A stretch of DNA of 63,839 nucleotides, counting the filler, from Octopus bimaculoides (taxonomy: Eukaryota): the NCBI RefSeq assembly GCF_001194135.2. It is 9 parts of 8 records of this genome, joined end to end, with 100 filler letters (N's around TTAATTAATTAA, not from the genome) between each part and the next. Parts side by side here need not be neighbours in the genome. Positions count along the whole stretch, not along the records: positions 27,905 to 40,788 come from NC_069002.1; positions 40,889 to 49,742 come from NC_068992.1; 7 more parts are not named here. One strand, given 5' to 3'. A program made the position numbers and the translations under genes. Position 1 is the stretch's first letter, and every line of letters begins with the position of its first letter. Shown piece after piece: positions 34,716 through 46,554 of the stretch. The notes beneath the pieces were generated by a model, which was not told the origin of the DNA, did not search any database, and saw only the letters and a list, made by a program, of their open reading frames with translations.

Positions 34716-35929
34716 AATGAAGAAATAATATTAAAGAGATGTAAACTATACATCAATTGAAATGAAAGGGATGAAATGTGATGGGATAAGATGGAGGTTA
34801 GCAGTAGGTTAAAATAAAAGAAAGGAGTAAAGGGTTTCTTCTTTGAGAAAAAATAAAAATAGGGGGAGTGAGTTGAAGGAAGAATAGAATAAAGAAGATG
34901 AAATAAATTGAGGTAATTTTTTGTAAATAGATGTAACGAACCCTTAGTTCTGAACCTTTTCTCTCTCAAAAAACCCTTTTATTTAAGCAATTTTCCCTCA
35001 GACCCCAGCATTTTGAAAGGTCTATCTTCTGAATAAGCTAATTTTATTAAATGACACTACACTTGTTTTCTTCATTTCGTCTCATAATTAAAAGATATAT
35101 GTAATTGAATAATTATAAGTAATTGAGTAATTATATATTTTAAATTGCCGCCTTTTAGAATTTTGAACTCAATTCACAGAAGAACCCAAGCAGTGTCTTT
35201 GTGGGCCCCATTGGTTTGCAAACGTTAGCTTTGGGAAATCGTTGATTTTGAAGGTCAAGAAAAACATGTATAGAAGCCATTAGATTTAGATAATTAATCA
35301 AAACGACAAGAGTTCGATAAGAAATTAGTCTTACTTGCTGGTTGAGTTAACTTAAATCAGAAAGAATAAAGATGTAAGGTGAAAAACAGTGTTGTAAGAG
35401 GTTCAAAGATAAACATGAATGCTACATGTCATTGGAATTTAATAGAAATGGTCATAAAAGGGGTTCTGGTTGCAAAGTTACTCCAAGAAATGTCTATCTG
35501 CAATGAAACACATTGCAACTCATTAGCAATTATTTTAATGGGAGCTTTTTGTTCTGAAAAAAAAAAAATAACTAACATTTTCTGTTAGATATTTGGTTAT
35601 TGATTTCAAGGTGTTTCTTATAGGTTTAGTGCCGATATCTTCTTGAGAATTCTTCAGAGCTTTTCTGTTATACCTATTTACATATAATAGAAACATTTTG
35701 ATGAAATATATATGGGCTGGCTTAGGCACTTTTTTCATAGATTGACATGGGTGCTTTTTATGTGGACCGGCACGAGGGCACTTGCAAGGAAAAAATCCTT
35801 CAGCTGTTGGAGAGGGGGAGGAATTAACAATTCTGCTGTGGTGGGCAGGTTTCCTTGTGTACATCAAGGCACCAAATATCTCGGTCCTTTGTCGCCTCCT
35901 TTGTATTGTATGTCTCAATGTCCTGATAT

Positions 35930-36940
35930 TCCACTAGTTCCATTCACTTTAAACGATTGGCATTTTCTTATGCAACTGTCCTCATCCATCTGCATCACAT
36001 GACCAAACCAGTGCTGTCTTCTCTCTTGCCCATTCTATTTAATTCCCCTTATGCCTAATTTTTCTCTCAATATACTAGCATTCTGTTGTCCATGTACACT
36101 TACATTGCACATCCAGCAGGGCATACTAGCATCGTTCCTCTCTAGTCTTTGCATGTCCTCTGCAATTAGGGCCCACATCTCACTACCATGTAGCACTGGT
36201 GTTTCTATACAAGCGTCATACAATCTTCCTTTCATTCAGAGAGAGAGAGAGAGACCTTTGGTTGCCAACAAAGGTAAAAGCTCTTTGAATTTTCACCATT
36301 CTATTCTTATTCTAGAGATTACACTTTCCGTACATCCTTCCCAATTACTAATTAGGTCCTTTAAGTAGTAAAAATTATCTGCTACCCCTAAAAAGCTTCT
36401 GGGGCATTTAGGTGAATTAATTTTCTGATTGTCTGTAGTTTTTATGGCTCCTGTGCATCTTCCACACACAAGCACTACCTTCTCTGATAACCTTCCTATT
36501 ATTCCATTGCACCTCTTGTGTGTCCATAGCTTGCACCATGTACACCATATGAAATTCCTGCCTACACCATTCCTACATATTGAGCTGGGCCATTTACCTG
36601 AAGGGGATAAGGTCCTGTTTGTTTTCTTAATTACTAAAACCTTAGAACCTGAGTCTTTGCTAAGTTAAACTTAAGGCCCTTCAATTCCAGATTTTACTTC
36701 CATACCTGGAATATCTTTTCTAGTTCTGATATAGAATCTTCTGTCAGAGCAAGGTCATCAGTAGCCAGTCTTGAATTCCTCTGTTATGGCCTGGAGGATA
36801 AGGATAAAAAGAAGGGGACTAAGAACCAAGCCTTGATAAACACCTACTTGTATGCCGAAGTCATCACTGTACTGATGGTTAACTCTCGCCTCACTGACAG
36901 TCTCTGTACATGGCTTGTACAGCATTCACAAGCCACTATG
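35930..36940 (-). mobile_element. RTE-clade LINE 3' fragment (same family as 4330-6320)
   Basis: KGRLYDACIETPVLHGSEMWAL..RLERNDASMPCWMCNVS; CGRCTGAIK zinc motif; DNA similarity to 5230-5780. Confidence 0.85.
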
Positions 36941-37676
36941 TGTGTGTAGATAGATAGACAGATAGATAGATAGTTAGATAGATAGATAGATATAGTATAT
37001 GAGAAAGTGTGTGGAAAGGAAAATAGAAAGAATATTTATTAGTAAATCAATGTCAATTTGCACCATTTTCTTTGTAGCATCTGAAGAGATGCAGGAGATA
37101 ATGAGGGAGAGAGAGAGACAGACAGACAGAGAAAAAGAGGGAGAGAGAGCGAGAGAGGATATATTTTTTTTTCACATCTAAATGTATAACTATATATACA
37201 ACAATGCTAACACATTCTAAAGAATGTCCCAATTCCTAGTTCCAGGTAAATGTCTTGGAAACTCCCCCACCCCCACCCCCACCAAAGAAAAAAAAGCAAA
37301 ACAAAACAAAGCCAAAAAAAAGCATGCAAACAAACCCAAATAAATAAACCATAACGAAATACTTTTTCCTATTGATTGATTCTAGTTATTGATTTCTTAC
37401 AATGTAACAAATGAACACGCTTTGTTGTAGTTAAAGGACTAAAAGAAGCTTTTGCTCGTTTTCTTTTTTCTGTTTTTGTCTTTTGTTTTAGCCTTTTTTT
37501 TTTATCGCTTGTTTCTTTTGTTGTTGTTGTTGTTTTAAAAATTCTTTCATTCGCTGATTATCGAGCTTTTCTGTTGGTTTTGTACCACATTAGTCTTTAC
37601 ACAAAGAGGTACATTCATATTTTTCTTATCTCTTGTCTCAACTTGCTTTTATTTATTTATCCATTTATTATCATTA

Positions 37677-37717
<41 letters not shown>

Positions 37718-37737
37718 CATCATTATTATTATTATCA

Positions 37738-37768
<31 letters not shown>

Positions 37769-38230
37769 CATTATTATTATTATTATTATTATTATCATCA
37801 TTATTGTTGTTGTTATTTATTTTACTTTTTGTTTGTTTTTGCTAGCAACATCATTTTTCATATCACTGAAAACTGGGTCTTTAGATTCTCTCCTATCATA
37901 TTTCTGGTTGTAGTTGTGCTTTGTTTAGTCTCTTCAAACTGTTTATTTGCTGTTGTTGTTTTTTTTTTTGTTATTGTTGTTGGGGTTTCTTTTTTTTTTT
38001 TTTCGTTTTTATTTTGTTTTTGGTTTTTCAAAAGAAAAATTGTAATTAGGTTTTGTGAAGTTAAAAGACAACAGGAAAAAGAAAACAACAACTAAAATAA
38101 CGAAAAAGACAAAGAGAAAAATTGAATTTAAAAAAAATANNNNNNNNNNNNNNNNNNNNNNNNNNNNNNNNAAGCGAGAGAGAGAGAGAGAGAGAGATAC
38201 ATTAGTGAGATAATTAGTTATGTAGGTATT

Positions 38231-38264
<34 letters not shown>

Positions 38265-38307
38265 TACAAATGTATATATGTACATGTGTGTGTCTCTCTC
38301 TCTCTCT

Positions 38308-38370
<63 letters not shown>

Positions 38371-38639
38371 CATACATACATACATTCAAACACACATGTA
38401 TATGTATTTATATATATATATACATATACACACACACACATATGCACACACACACATACACACACACACACACATGTGGTGTGTACATTCATACACACAC
38501 ATGCATATATTCATTCATTTTTATGTCTGTTTTTCTATGCTGGCAGGAGTTAGGTGAATAATGAATATATTTTAGTTAGGCATTATTTCATAGCCAGATT
38601 TGGGTGTATGCAGGTATGTATAATATGTGTTTCCATATG

Positions 38640-38670
<31 letters not shown>

Positions 38671-39109
38671 ATATATATGTATGTAGGTAAGTGTATGTAT
38701 ACACACATACGACACCCACTTTCAAAAGACAGAAGAACAGGTTGGTATACAGAGTAAATATAGCTAGATAGCTATCAAGATAAGTAAGGTAATAGGTAAA
38801 CTGTTATACATAGAAGCAAGAGAATGACTGGGAGAGAGAGAGATGGAGAGAGAGAGATGTCAGCCTATTTCACCAATAGAAATTATGAAAATGGCAATTA
38901 TTTTGAATTATGATAACATTAATGGAAAACAACAAATTATTTTTCCCCCAAAAGAGTCACTATGGAGAAAAAGAAAAGAAGAGACAACTCATTGTAAATT
39001 AATCTTGTGTCAAATTAATATACCCTGTCGGAATAGCATTAGATTAAAATAATGGTATGTATAACATTTATGTTGTATATATATATACCAATGTAGAATG
39101 GCATTAGTT

Positions 39110-39402
39110 GTAATATTTATCAGAGAGAAGCTTCTCAAAGACATTTGTGTATTAGAAAAAGACAGAGCTCCACTCAAGAAAGCCATTGGGTTTTGAGACA
39201 CAGGTGTTTCAACTTTGTTTGGTCTCCTCAGTGATGAATACCTAGAATATTCTGAGCTAAGTTGAATATGCTTGTTCTAATATAGAAATCAGCAATCAAA
39301 ACATTTACTGATTTCTGTGAAAGGCTTGCCAAATTAGAATTCAATTAATATATGAACTTGAACCATCTTTAATTTAAAATACCTGTGTGTAAAGCATTTA
39401 CA

Positions 39403-39433
<31 letters not shown>

Positions 39434-40160
39434 TTTTAGTGAAGCTTCTCTAAGAGACTTGGTTAAAACGTGGTGTCTGGCGATCTGCCAATGACATTCT
39501 GAGTTAATTTTGTGGCTTCCAAAACTTAATGTCTTTGAGAAGTTTCTTTTAGACAAAATGTTACAGTCAATGCCATTCTAGATTTGTGTATACATTATAA
39601 AGATTATATATGCTTTAAACATTGTATATATTCATGTGTATATATTGATTTAATTTTAGCTTGGCCAGTGATTGTTTTTCTTAAATGATTCCTACATCAC
39701 AAAGACCCATCCTCTACAGCAGAAGTGTTAATGCCACTCCCTCTTGGTAAAGAGGATTGGCCTGCAGGAGTCCTGTGCCGGCACAACATAAGAAGCACTT
39801 GTGCTGATGCCATGTAAATGCACTCGTGCAGTGCCACATAAAAGCACCCAGTATACTCTGTAAAGTGGTTGGCATTAGAAAGAGCATCCAGCTTTAGAAA
39901 CCATGCCAAAACAGACAGGGGGAGCTTTATACAACTCTCTGGCTATCCAGCTCTGGTCAAACCATCTAACCCATGCCAGCATGGATAACAGATGTTAAAG
40001 AATGTTGATGAATGAATATATTTTTGACTTGGCTCAAAATTTTAAGTGGTGTTCACCACTGAGAGGACCAAATGATGCTAAAACACCAGCGTCTGATGGA
40101 TTCCTGATGACATTCTTGAGTGAGCTCTGTGGTTTCTCACATGTCTTTCTGCATTTGTAA
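39110..40160. repeat. Three decayed copies (one inverted) of a hammerhead-bearing repeat, Penelope pseudo-LTR-like
   Basis: Minus 39110-39290, plus 39450-39555 and plus 40020-40160 are mutually similar; the best core is CTGAGGA-GAC..GTT-GAAA-CAC-CT-GTG-TC on the minus strand at about 39195-39237. Confidence 0.55.
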
Positions 40161-40429
40161 ATACATAATTGTTTTATACACCTGTATTTTATTCAGCAGC
40201 TGTTTCGAGTGTATGAATTAATTTATATTATAAATATTATACACGATGTTATGTTAATTATGCAAAAGTTTCAGCAATGACTCTTACAGTTGTTTCATTA
40301 ACACTCCTATATACTCACTGGCTGAGTATTCCATAGACCCTCATATTTTTACCCCTGTGTTTCTCAAAGTGGAAAGTTTTATATTGATACTGAGGACAAA
40401 AGAATGTATGTATGTATGTGTATGTATAT

Positions 40430-40788
40430 ATACGAGGGGGCAGCCATCGGGGTTAGTATCGCCGGTGATGTGGCCAATCTTTTCATGGTATGGTGGGACA
40501 GAAGGCTTAAGGAACGCCTGACACAGAACTCCATACTCGTGAATGTGTACTCTCGATATGTCGATGATATCAACTTAGTGGTAAAGACACCCTCACAAGA
40601 GAGTACCCCTGAAATAGAAATAGAAACTAAGACTATGGAGAGCATCCAGCAAATAGCTAACTCCATCCACCAGAGTATTAGGGTTACGATAGACTACCCT
40701 ACTAAACACCCTAACCATAGATTACCTGTATTAGATACTGAACTCTGGCTAGAAACTAAGAACAATAAAACCAGAATCCTCCATTCAC
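40430..40788 (+). mobile_element. Penelope-like element RT fragment, open frame
   Basis: GAAIGVSIAGDVANLFMVWWD..YSRYVDDINLVV..IRVTIDYPTKHPNHRLPVLDTELW; ends at a gap. Confidence 0.75.
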
Positions 40789-40888
40789 NNNNNNNNNNNN
40801 NNNNNNNNNNNNNNNNNNNNNNNNNNNNNNNNTTAATTAATTAANNNNNNNNNNNNNNNNNNNNNNNNNNNNNNNNNNNNNNNNNNNN

Positions 40889-41082
40889 CATAACAAAAAC
40901 ACCAGGACTTACAAATATATATAACATACAGAAAATTGCACTACTGGGTACTGCACACATTCTACGCAAAACACTTTCAATACAGTAAACATAAGAGCAC
41001 CACAGCAAACCACAGCACATACCCAAGGCGCACAGAGCTGCGCTCGGTAGTGAAGTGAAAGTACGTTATAAAAATAAAACTA

Positions 41083-41087
<5 letters not shown>
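40889..41087 (+). mobile_element. 3' end of young R4/Dong-type family
   Basis: ITKTPGLTNIYNIQKIALLGTAHILRKTLSIQ* plus 3' UTR and (TAA)n. Confidence 0.85.
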
Positions 41088-41178
<91 letters not shown>

Positions 41179-41359
41179 AATGATAATAAAAATATTGGTA
41201 TGGTGATAATGATGGTAGTGATAATAAGAATAATAATTTGTACCCATATCAGACGGGCAGTCATGATGGTTGTATGGGCTTCGTATATTTGTAACCCAAT
41301 GTCAATTTGATGGCATGCGTTGTTCTCTCATTCAATAAAAGATAGTAATAAATTTTGGG

Positions 41360-41535
41360 GAAGGGGACTAGTTGATTATATCGATCTAGTATTTCAGTGG
41401 TACTTAATTTATAGATCCCTAATGGATGAAACGTAAAGTCGACCAAAGGCGAAATTTGAACTCAGAACGTAAAGACTGACGAAATACCGCAAAAAATTCC
41501 GCCGGATGTGCTAACGATTCTGCCACCGCGCCTCC
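41360..41535 (-). mobile_element. tRNA-derived SINE, second family
   Basis: GGATGAAA..AAAGTCGACC..GAACTCAGAACGTAA..GTGCTAACGATTCTGCC. Confidence 0.75.
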
Positions 41536-41575
<40 letters not shown>

Positions 41576-42558
41576 GTCAAAATTAAAAGAAGAGTGCCAT
41601 TTGTCATCTAGTGAACGATATTTCGACATCTCGTGTGTCTTCAACTGGTTCAAAAAATAAATTTGTCAATCTACTTCATTTTGGTTAATATAGAAAGGAT
41701 TGAGGTAGCTACTCCTGAAGATATAGAGTCAAAATTAAAAGAAGAGTGCCATTTGTCATCTAGTGAACGNNNNNNNNNNNNNNNNNNNNNNNNNNNNNNN
41801 NNNNNNNNNNNNNNNNNNNNNNNNNNNNNNNNNNNNNNNNNNNNNNNNNNNNNNNNNNNNNNNNNNNNNNNNNNNNNNNNNNNNNNNNNNNNNNNNNNNN
41901 NNNNNNNNNNNNNNNNNNNNNNNNNNNNNNNNNNNNNNNNNNNNNNNNNNNNNNNNNNNNNNNNNNNNNNNNNNNNNNNNNNNNNNNNNNNNNNNNNNNN
42001 NNNNNNNNNNNNNNNNNNNNNNNNNNNNNNNNNNNNNNNNNNNNNNNNNNNNNNNNNNNNNNNNNNNNNNNNNNNNNNNNNNNNNNNNNNNNNNNNNNNN
42101 NNNNNNNNNNNNNNNNNNNNNNNNNNNNNNNNNNNNNNNNNNNNNNNNNNNNNNNNNNNNNNNNNNNNNNNNNNNNNNNNNNNNNNNNNNNNNNNNNNNN
42201 NNNNNNNNNNNNNNNNNNNNNNNNNNNNNNNNNNNNNNNNNNNNNNNNNNNNNNNNNNNNNNNNNNNNNNNNNNNNNNNNNNNNNNNNNNNNNNNNNNNN
42301 NNNNNNNNNNNNNNNNNNNNNNNNNNNNNNNNNNNNNNNNNNNNNNNNNNNNNNNNNNNNNNNNNNNNNNNNNNNNNNNNNNNNNNNNNNNNNNNNNNNN
42401 NNNNNNNNNNNCCAAAATGAAGTAGATTGACAAATTTATTTTTTGAACCAGTTGAAGACACACGAGATGTCGAAATATCGTTCACTAGATGACAAATGGC
42501 ACTCTTCTTTTAATTTTGACTCTATATCTTCAGGAGGAGTTACCTCAATCCTTTCTAT

Positions 42559-42562
<4 letters not shown>
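41576..42562. repeat. 152-bp unit repeated in tandem on the left and inverted on the right, between (TAA)n arrays
   Basis: GTCAAAATTAAAAGAAGAGTGCC at 41576 and 41728; reverse-complement copy at 42411-42562; about 640 N between. Confidence 0.8.
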
Positions 42563-42624
<62 letters not shown>

Positions 42625-42629
42625 CATCA

Positions 42630-45575
42630 TCATTCTTGCTTTATTGGCCACCATTGCCGAGCACAAAGCAAAGAGAACAATAGACAGACGAGGGACAGTG
42701 AGGTTAAACGTGTAAACAGCAAAAGAGAGCGAGATCCACCGAGCGGTGATCAAAGCAACCTCAAGGCACCCCCTTTCCTTCCCACTCCATCCGGCCAACA
42801 GGCGCACATTAGAGTAGGTCTTCAACTCTTTCAATCGCGTCCACCATACAACTTCTTTCGTCATAGCCACCAGAAAGAGTAAAATTGCCTTTCCTTCGCG
42901 ACCATCTTCACGATGGACACGGACGATAGCCGTATCCGTCCTACGCGTGACAATAATTGTTTGACGAAGCTCCACAAGTCAGCAATAAACGGACACTGTA
43001 CTAGTGCATGCAGAACGGTTTCCTCGCTCTACATGCATCTCAGAAAAGACCGTCTGACTGTACACCCGTACCTGAAGAGCTTATCACGAACCGGCAACAA
43101 CCCCCACCCCACATCCATCCCAGTTGCACTGCCAAGCCAGGAATTTCTGCGAATTATCCATAGGCCCCCGCCTGAAAGTCCTCCGGAAGAGTCCGGCCAG
43201 TTGATCCCTCTCAATGCCTAGAGTCTCTCCGAGATCCTCGACTCTTTTGCCCTCCACTAATCTCCTATAGAACTCCAACGTGGAACTTCCACCGACTGCA
43301 TTGCCCGACTGGCTGAGAGCTGTGAGTGCTTGGAAACACGCTAGATGCCAAACGCCCTGTCTCGGTCTACGCCTAATCCAGGACTTTAAAGTTTCGGAAA
43401 AGCATGTCTAACAAACGGTGACCACACCTGCTCACCGTTAAGGTATCGTCGAAGATGTCGCAGCCTTAGCGCTTGTCTGCACATCATTGGCTACAGCATG
43501 CCCAGTCCTCCACGCAATTGGTGCTGACAGCAAATGGACCGTCTGACAAGCGGTACATTTCCCTTCCACAAGAAGCAGAAGGGCAAGCGCAACAGCCTGT
43601 TTAGCCACGAAGTGAGGCAAGGGACGACACTCAGGCGGTGGTATATGACAGATTGAACGGACGATACTAAATGATTCCAACAGGTGACCATTTACTTTGA
43701 CCACTGAACAGATGTCACTGTACATTGCAGCAATCCAGCTTCTGAAAACGGGACTGAAACCAGCCGCCAATACGACAACCTCCAGGTACCGATGGTCGAC
43801 CCTATTGAAGGCTTTTGACTGATCCAAATTGATCAGGGCCCTACCCATGCCAGATTCTTTACCAACCTTCTCTATGATGTGTCGCATGAGGTGGAGATTG
43901 TCGTGGATAGATCTGTGGGGGGTAGCGCAAGTCTGCGCAATCCCACCAGTCTGGCCACAAGCGCCAACTTCTTTGCTAACACCTTGACTAAAATTTTGTA
44001 ATCCGCATTTGGCACAGTTACAGGCCTAAAGCTATCAACAATGTCTCCCTTGTTCGGACCCTTTCTCAGTAGCGTCACCATACCTCGGCTCACAGACCTG
44101 GGAATTCATCCGTTCTGCTGCCAGTTGCGGTAAACATCTACCAAAATCTCACCGAACTATTCTGGCATATGAATACAAAATTCAAAGGGCAGACCATCCA
44201 ATCTCGGAGACTTCTCCCTCGTGCGACTGTCTAGCGCGTCTCGTACATCTTTCGCTGTTATCGGCATTTCACAGAACTCTACATCGCTGGTCGAAAGCCA
44301 CGGCAATCCATCGAGGTAGGAGGTGAAGTTCACCTCTGCCTCCGAACACCCGCATACCTCGTACCATTCAGCAAAGTAACGCTGAAATTCCGTACAAATC
44401 TGCTTGAACTCGCGTAGCATGCACCCGTCCCGACCCATCAATGACCGAATTGTGGTTTTATTGCTACATTGCGCTTTGGCCACACGGGCCCATCGAACGG
44501 CTTTCATTCCCTCCTGTCTTTGAGCACGTGCCCTAGCTCTGACAATGCAGCCTTCATGCTTGTTTGTTGAACAATTGATTCAAAACCAATCTCGCTGCCA
44601 GCACATCAGTCCTTATGCCACTACTGAGGGCATCTTCTTATTTCCTAACTAGTTCTCCCACTACTCTAGTGTTCTCTATCACTAATATCCTGTTAAATCC
44701 TACCGCTTCTACTCTAACCGCCTATTTTAGGGCTGTCCATCATCGGTTGTTGATGACTGCAGCCGTCAATTTTCGATGGATTAACTTACTAATCAGGTCT
44801 CTGAAAGCTTGGCTCGCCGGGACGGACGGATTTAGCTTCGGTATCCGGGGTCCTACCTATGGAGCCTACCTAAGTTGACCATACTGGTCACAAATTTGTG
44901 ACCCGTACAGCTGACAACTTCAAACTGTGAACAACCTATGCCATCTTTATCTGCTAGCCTACAAAATACCCTGTCTAGGTAAAATCTGGATGATCCAATG
45001 CTATTTGCTCACGTCCACATTGGAGTATTCAGAAAATCCAGTTTGAACCTGTCAGCCTGTCAGCCAATTGGAAACGACTGGGCAGGTTTGCGAGGCTTGA
45101 GCACCCCACTTTCCTGTCGGCTAGCCGTACTTAATCCACACGTGCATCTAAGATGGCGTTCTAGTTGCCCACTAACACTAAGGAGCGAAACGTCCTAAGA
45201 AAGACCTCCAAACGTCTAAAGAAATCCGGCTGTCCCGTTCCAGTTGGTACGTACACAGAGACCAGTCTAAAGGCACTGCCTTCGTTATCATTCACGTCCA
45301 GGACCACCATTCTACATTCTGGATCCAGGAAGACCGACCGTATCTCAAAATCTAGGCCTTTTCTGAATAACACCGCCACCCCACCCCATTACCGGTCGAC
45401 TGAGAGATGCAAAGATCTCATAATCATCGAAAATGGGTGCTAAGGCGAGCGTGTCCGAGATCCTGGTCTCACTGGCAGCTATTACGTCTAATTTTCGCCA
45501 CTTGTCAGTGAGTAAGCGACCTTGCTTCCATGACGAACCCAAGCAGCGTACATTTATACTGCCCATTCTAAGCAA
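42630..45575 (-). mobile_element. L1/Tx1-clade LINE ORF2 (APE to RT to C-terminus), decayed and internally deleted
   Basis: LRMGSINVRCL..DVIAASETR; FRLVSVYVP; KSPRLDGLPFEF; FRPVTVPNADYKILVKVLAK; INLDQSKAFNRVDH; AATAAA just before the (TGA)/(TTA)n tail at about 42645. Confidence 0.9.
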
Positions 45576-45599
45576 TACTATGGTGGACGATGGGATTGT

Positions 45600-46120
45600 G
45601 TGAAAATAGGAGATAGTTACCTACCAAGGCTTTGTTAATGTGGGGTGTTAATGCCCACTCTGTCCCTCTCGTTGGATATGGGTTTTTTCCCCAGCAGTTC
45701 CTTGTAAAGTCTGATACTGAGGTCCTTTTGAAAGTCCCCTACAAACTGGGGATATCTACATTTCAAAATTTTGTATTCGCTTTGAGTAGCTTTGAATATT
45801 TTTATATATTCGTGGTTGGTGTGACATAATTGGATTAATTAATATCCATGTGAATGTGTTCTATTAATTCGTTAAATTTTGTGCTTATAGCCCTGAGGTT
45901 TATAATGTCTGGTTTATGATCATTTGGTGAAATGCTGTTTATCTGTTGTGTTTGTAGGCTATGTTGTGTTTGTGATGATTGTGGAGGTTGTGGACATTGT
46001 GGTGATAGTGGTGGAGATGATGTTATTGTTGCCTGTGTATGTGTAGGTGAGTTTATGCATGGTGTGCTGTTGTTACTGTTCGTTCCCTCCTCCATTTTCT
46101 CGTACTTAGCCTGTTTTTTT
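45600..46120 (-). mobile_element. Possible ORF1 remnant of the adjacent LINE
   Basis: Lies directly upstream of the APE start on the same strand; Ser/Thr/Pro-rich frame MEEGTNSN..DIINLRAISTKFNELIEH, broken by stops. No diagnostic motif. Confidence 0.3.
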
Positions 46121-46554
46121 TTCTGATTATCATTTGTGCTCTTCTGTTTTTTTCTTTCCTTTTTGTGTGATTGTTTGTCATGTCTGTCCCTCCTTATTTA
46201 CGCCGTTTTCGTTGTCCGAATAGAGGAAGGGGCATTTCTTCCGCAAATATTTGATTATGTCGAGAACGATGAAGATTTTTGAAAACTTTGCGTAAGCAGG
46301 TATCGTCAAGCTTTTGGCAAAATTTGATGCAGATTCTCTGCTCAACTTACTCTGTCATGGTCAATGCGGCGATCATACGTTACACATGCTCATTCTAAGC
46401 ACTGCTGTAAACAGTGGAAGTGAGATAGAACGTTAAAACTTAGTGTGCATGCACAACAGAGTTCCCGGTCAATCTTTGCCAAGCGGCTTTACTCCACGTG
46501 CTTCGTTTCTATGGCAACAGTTCGGATACTTATTGGTCAGACTACGTATACGAA

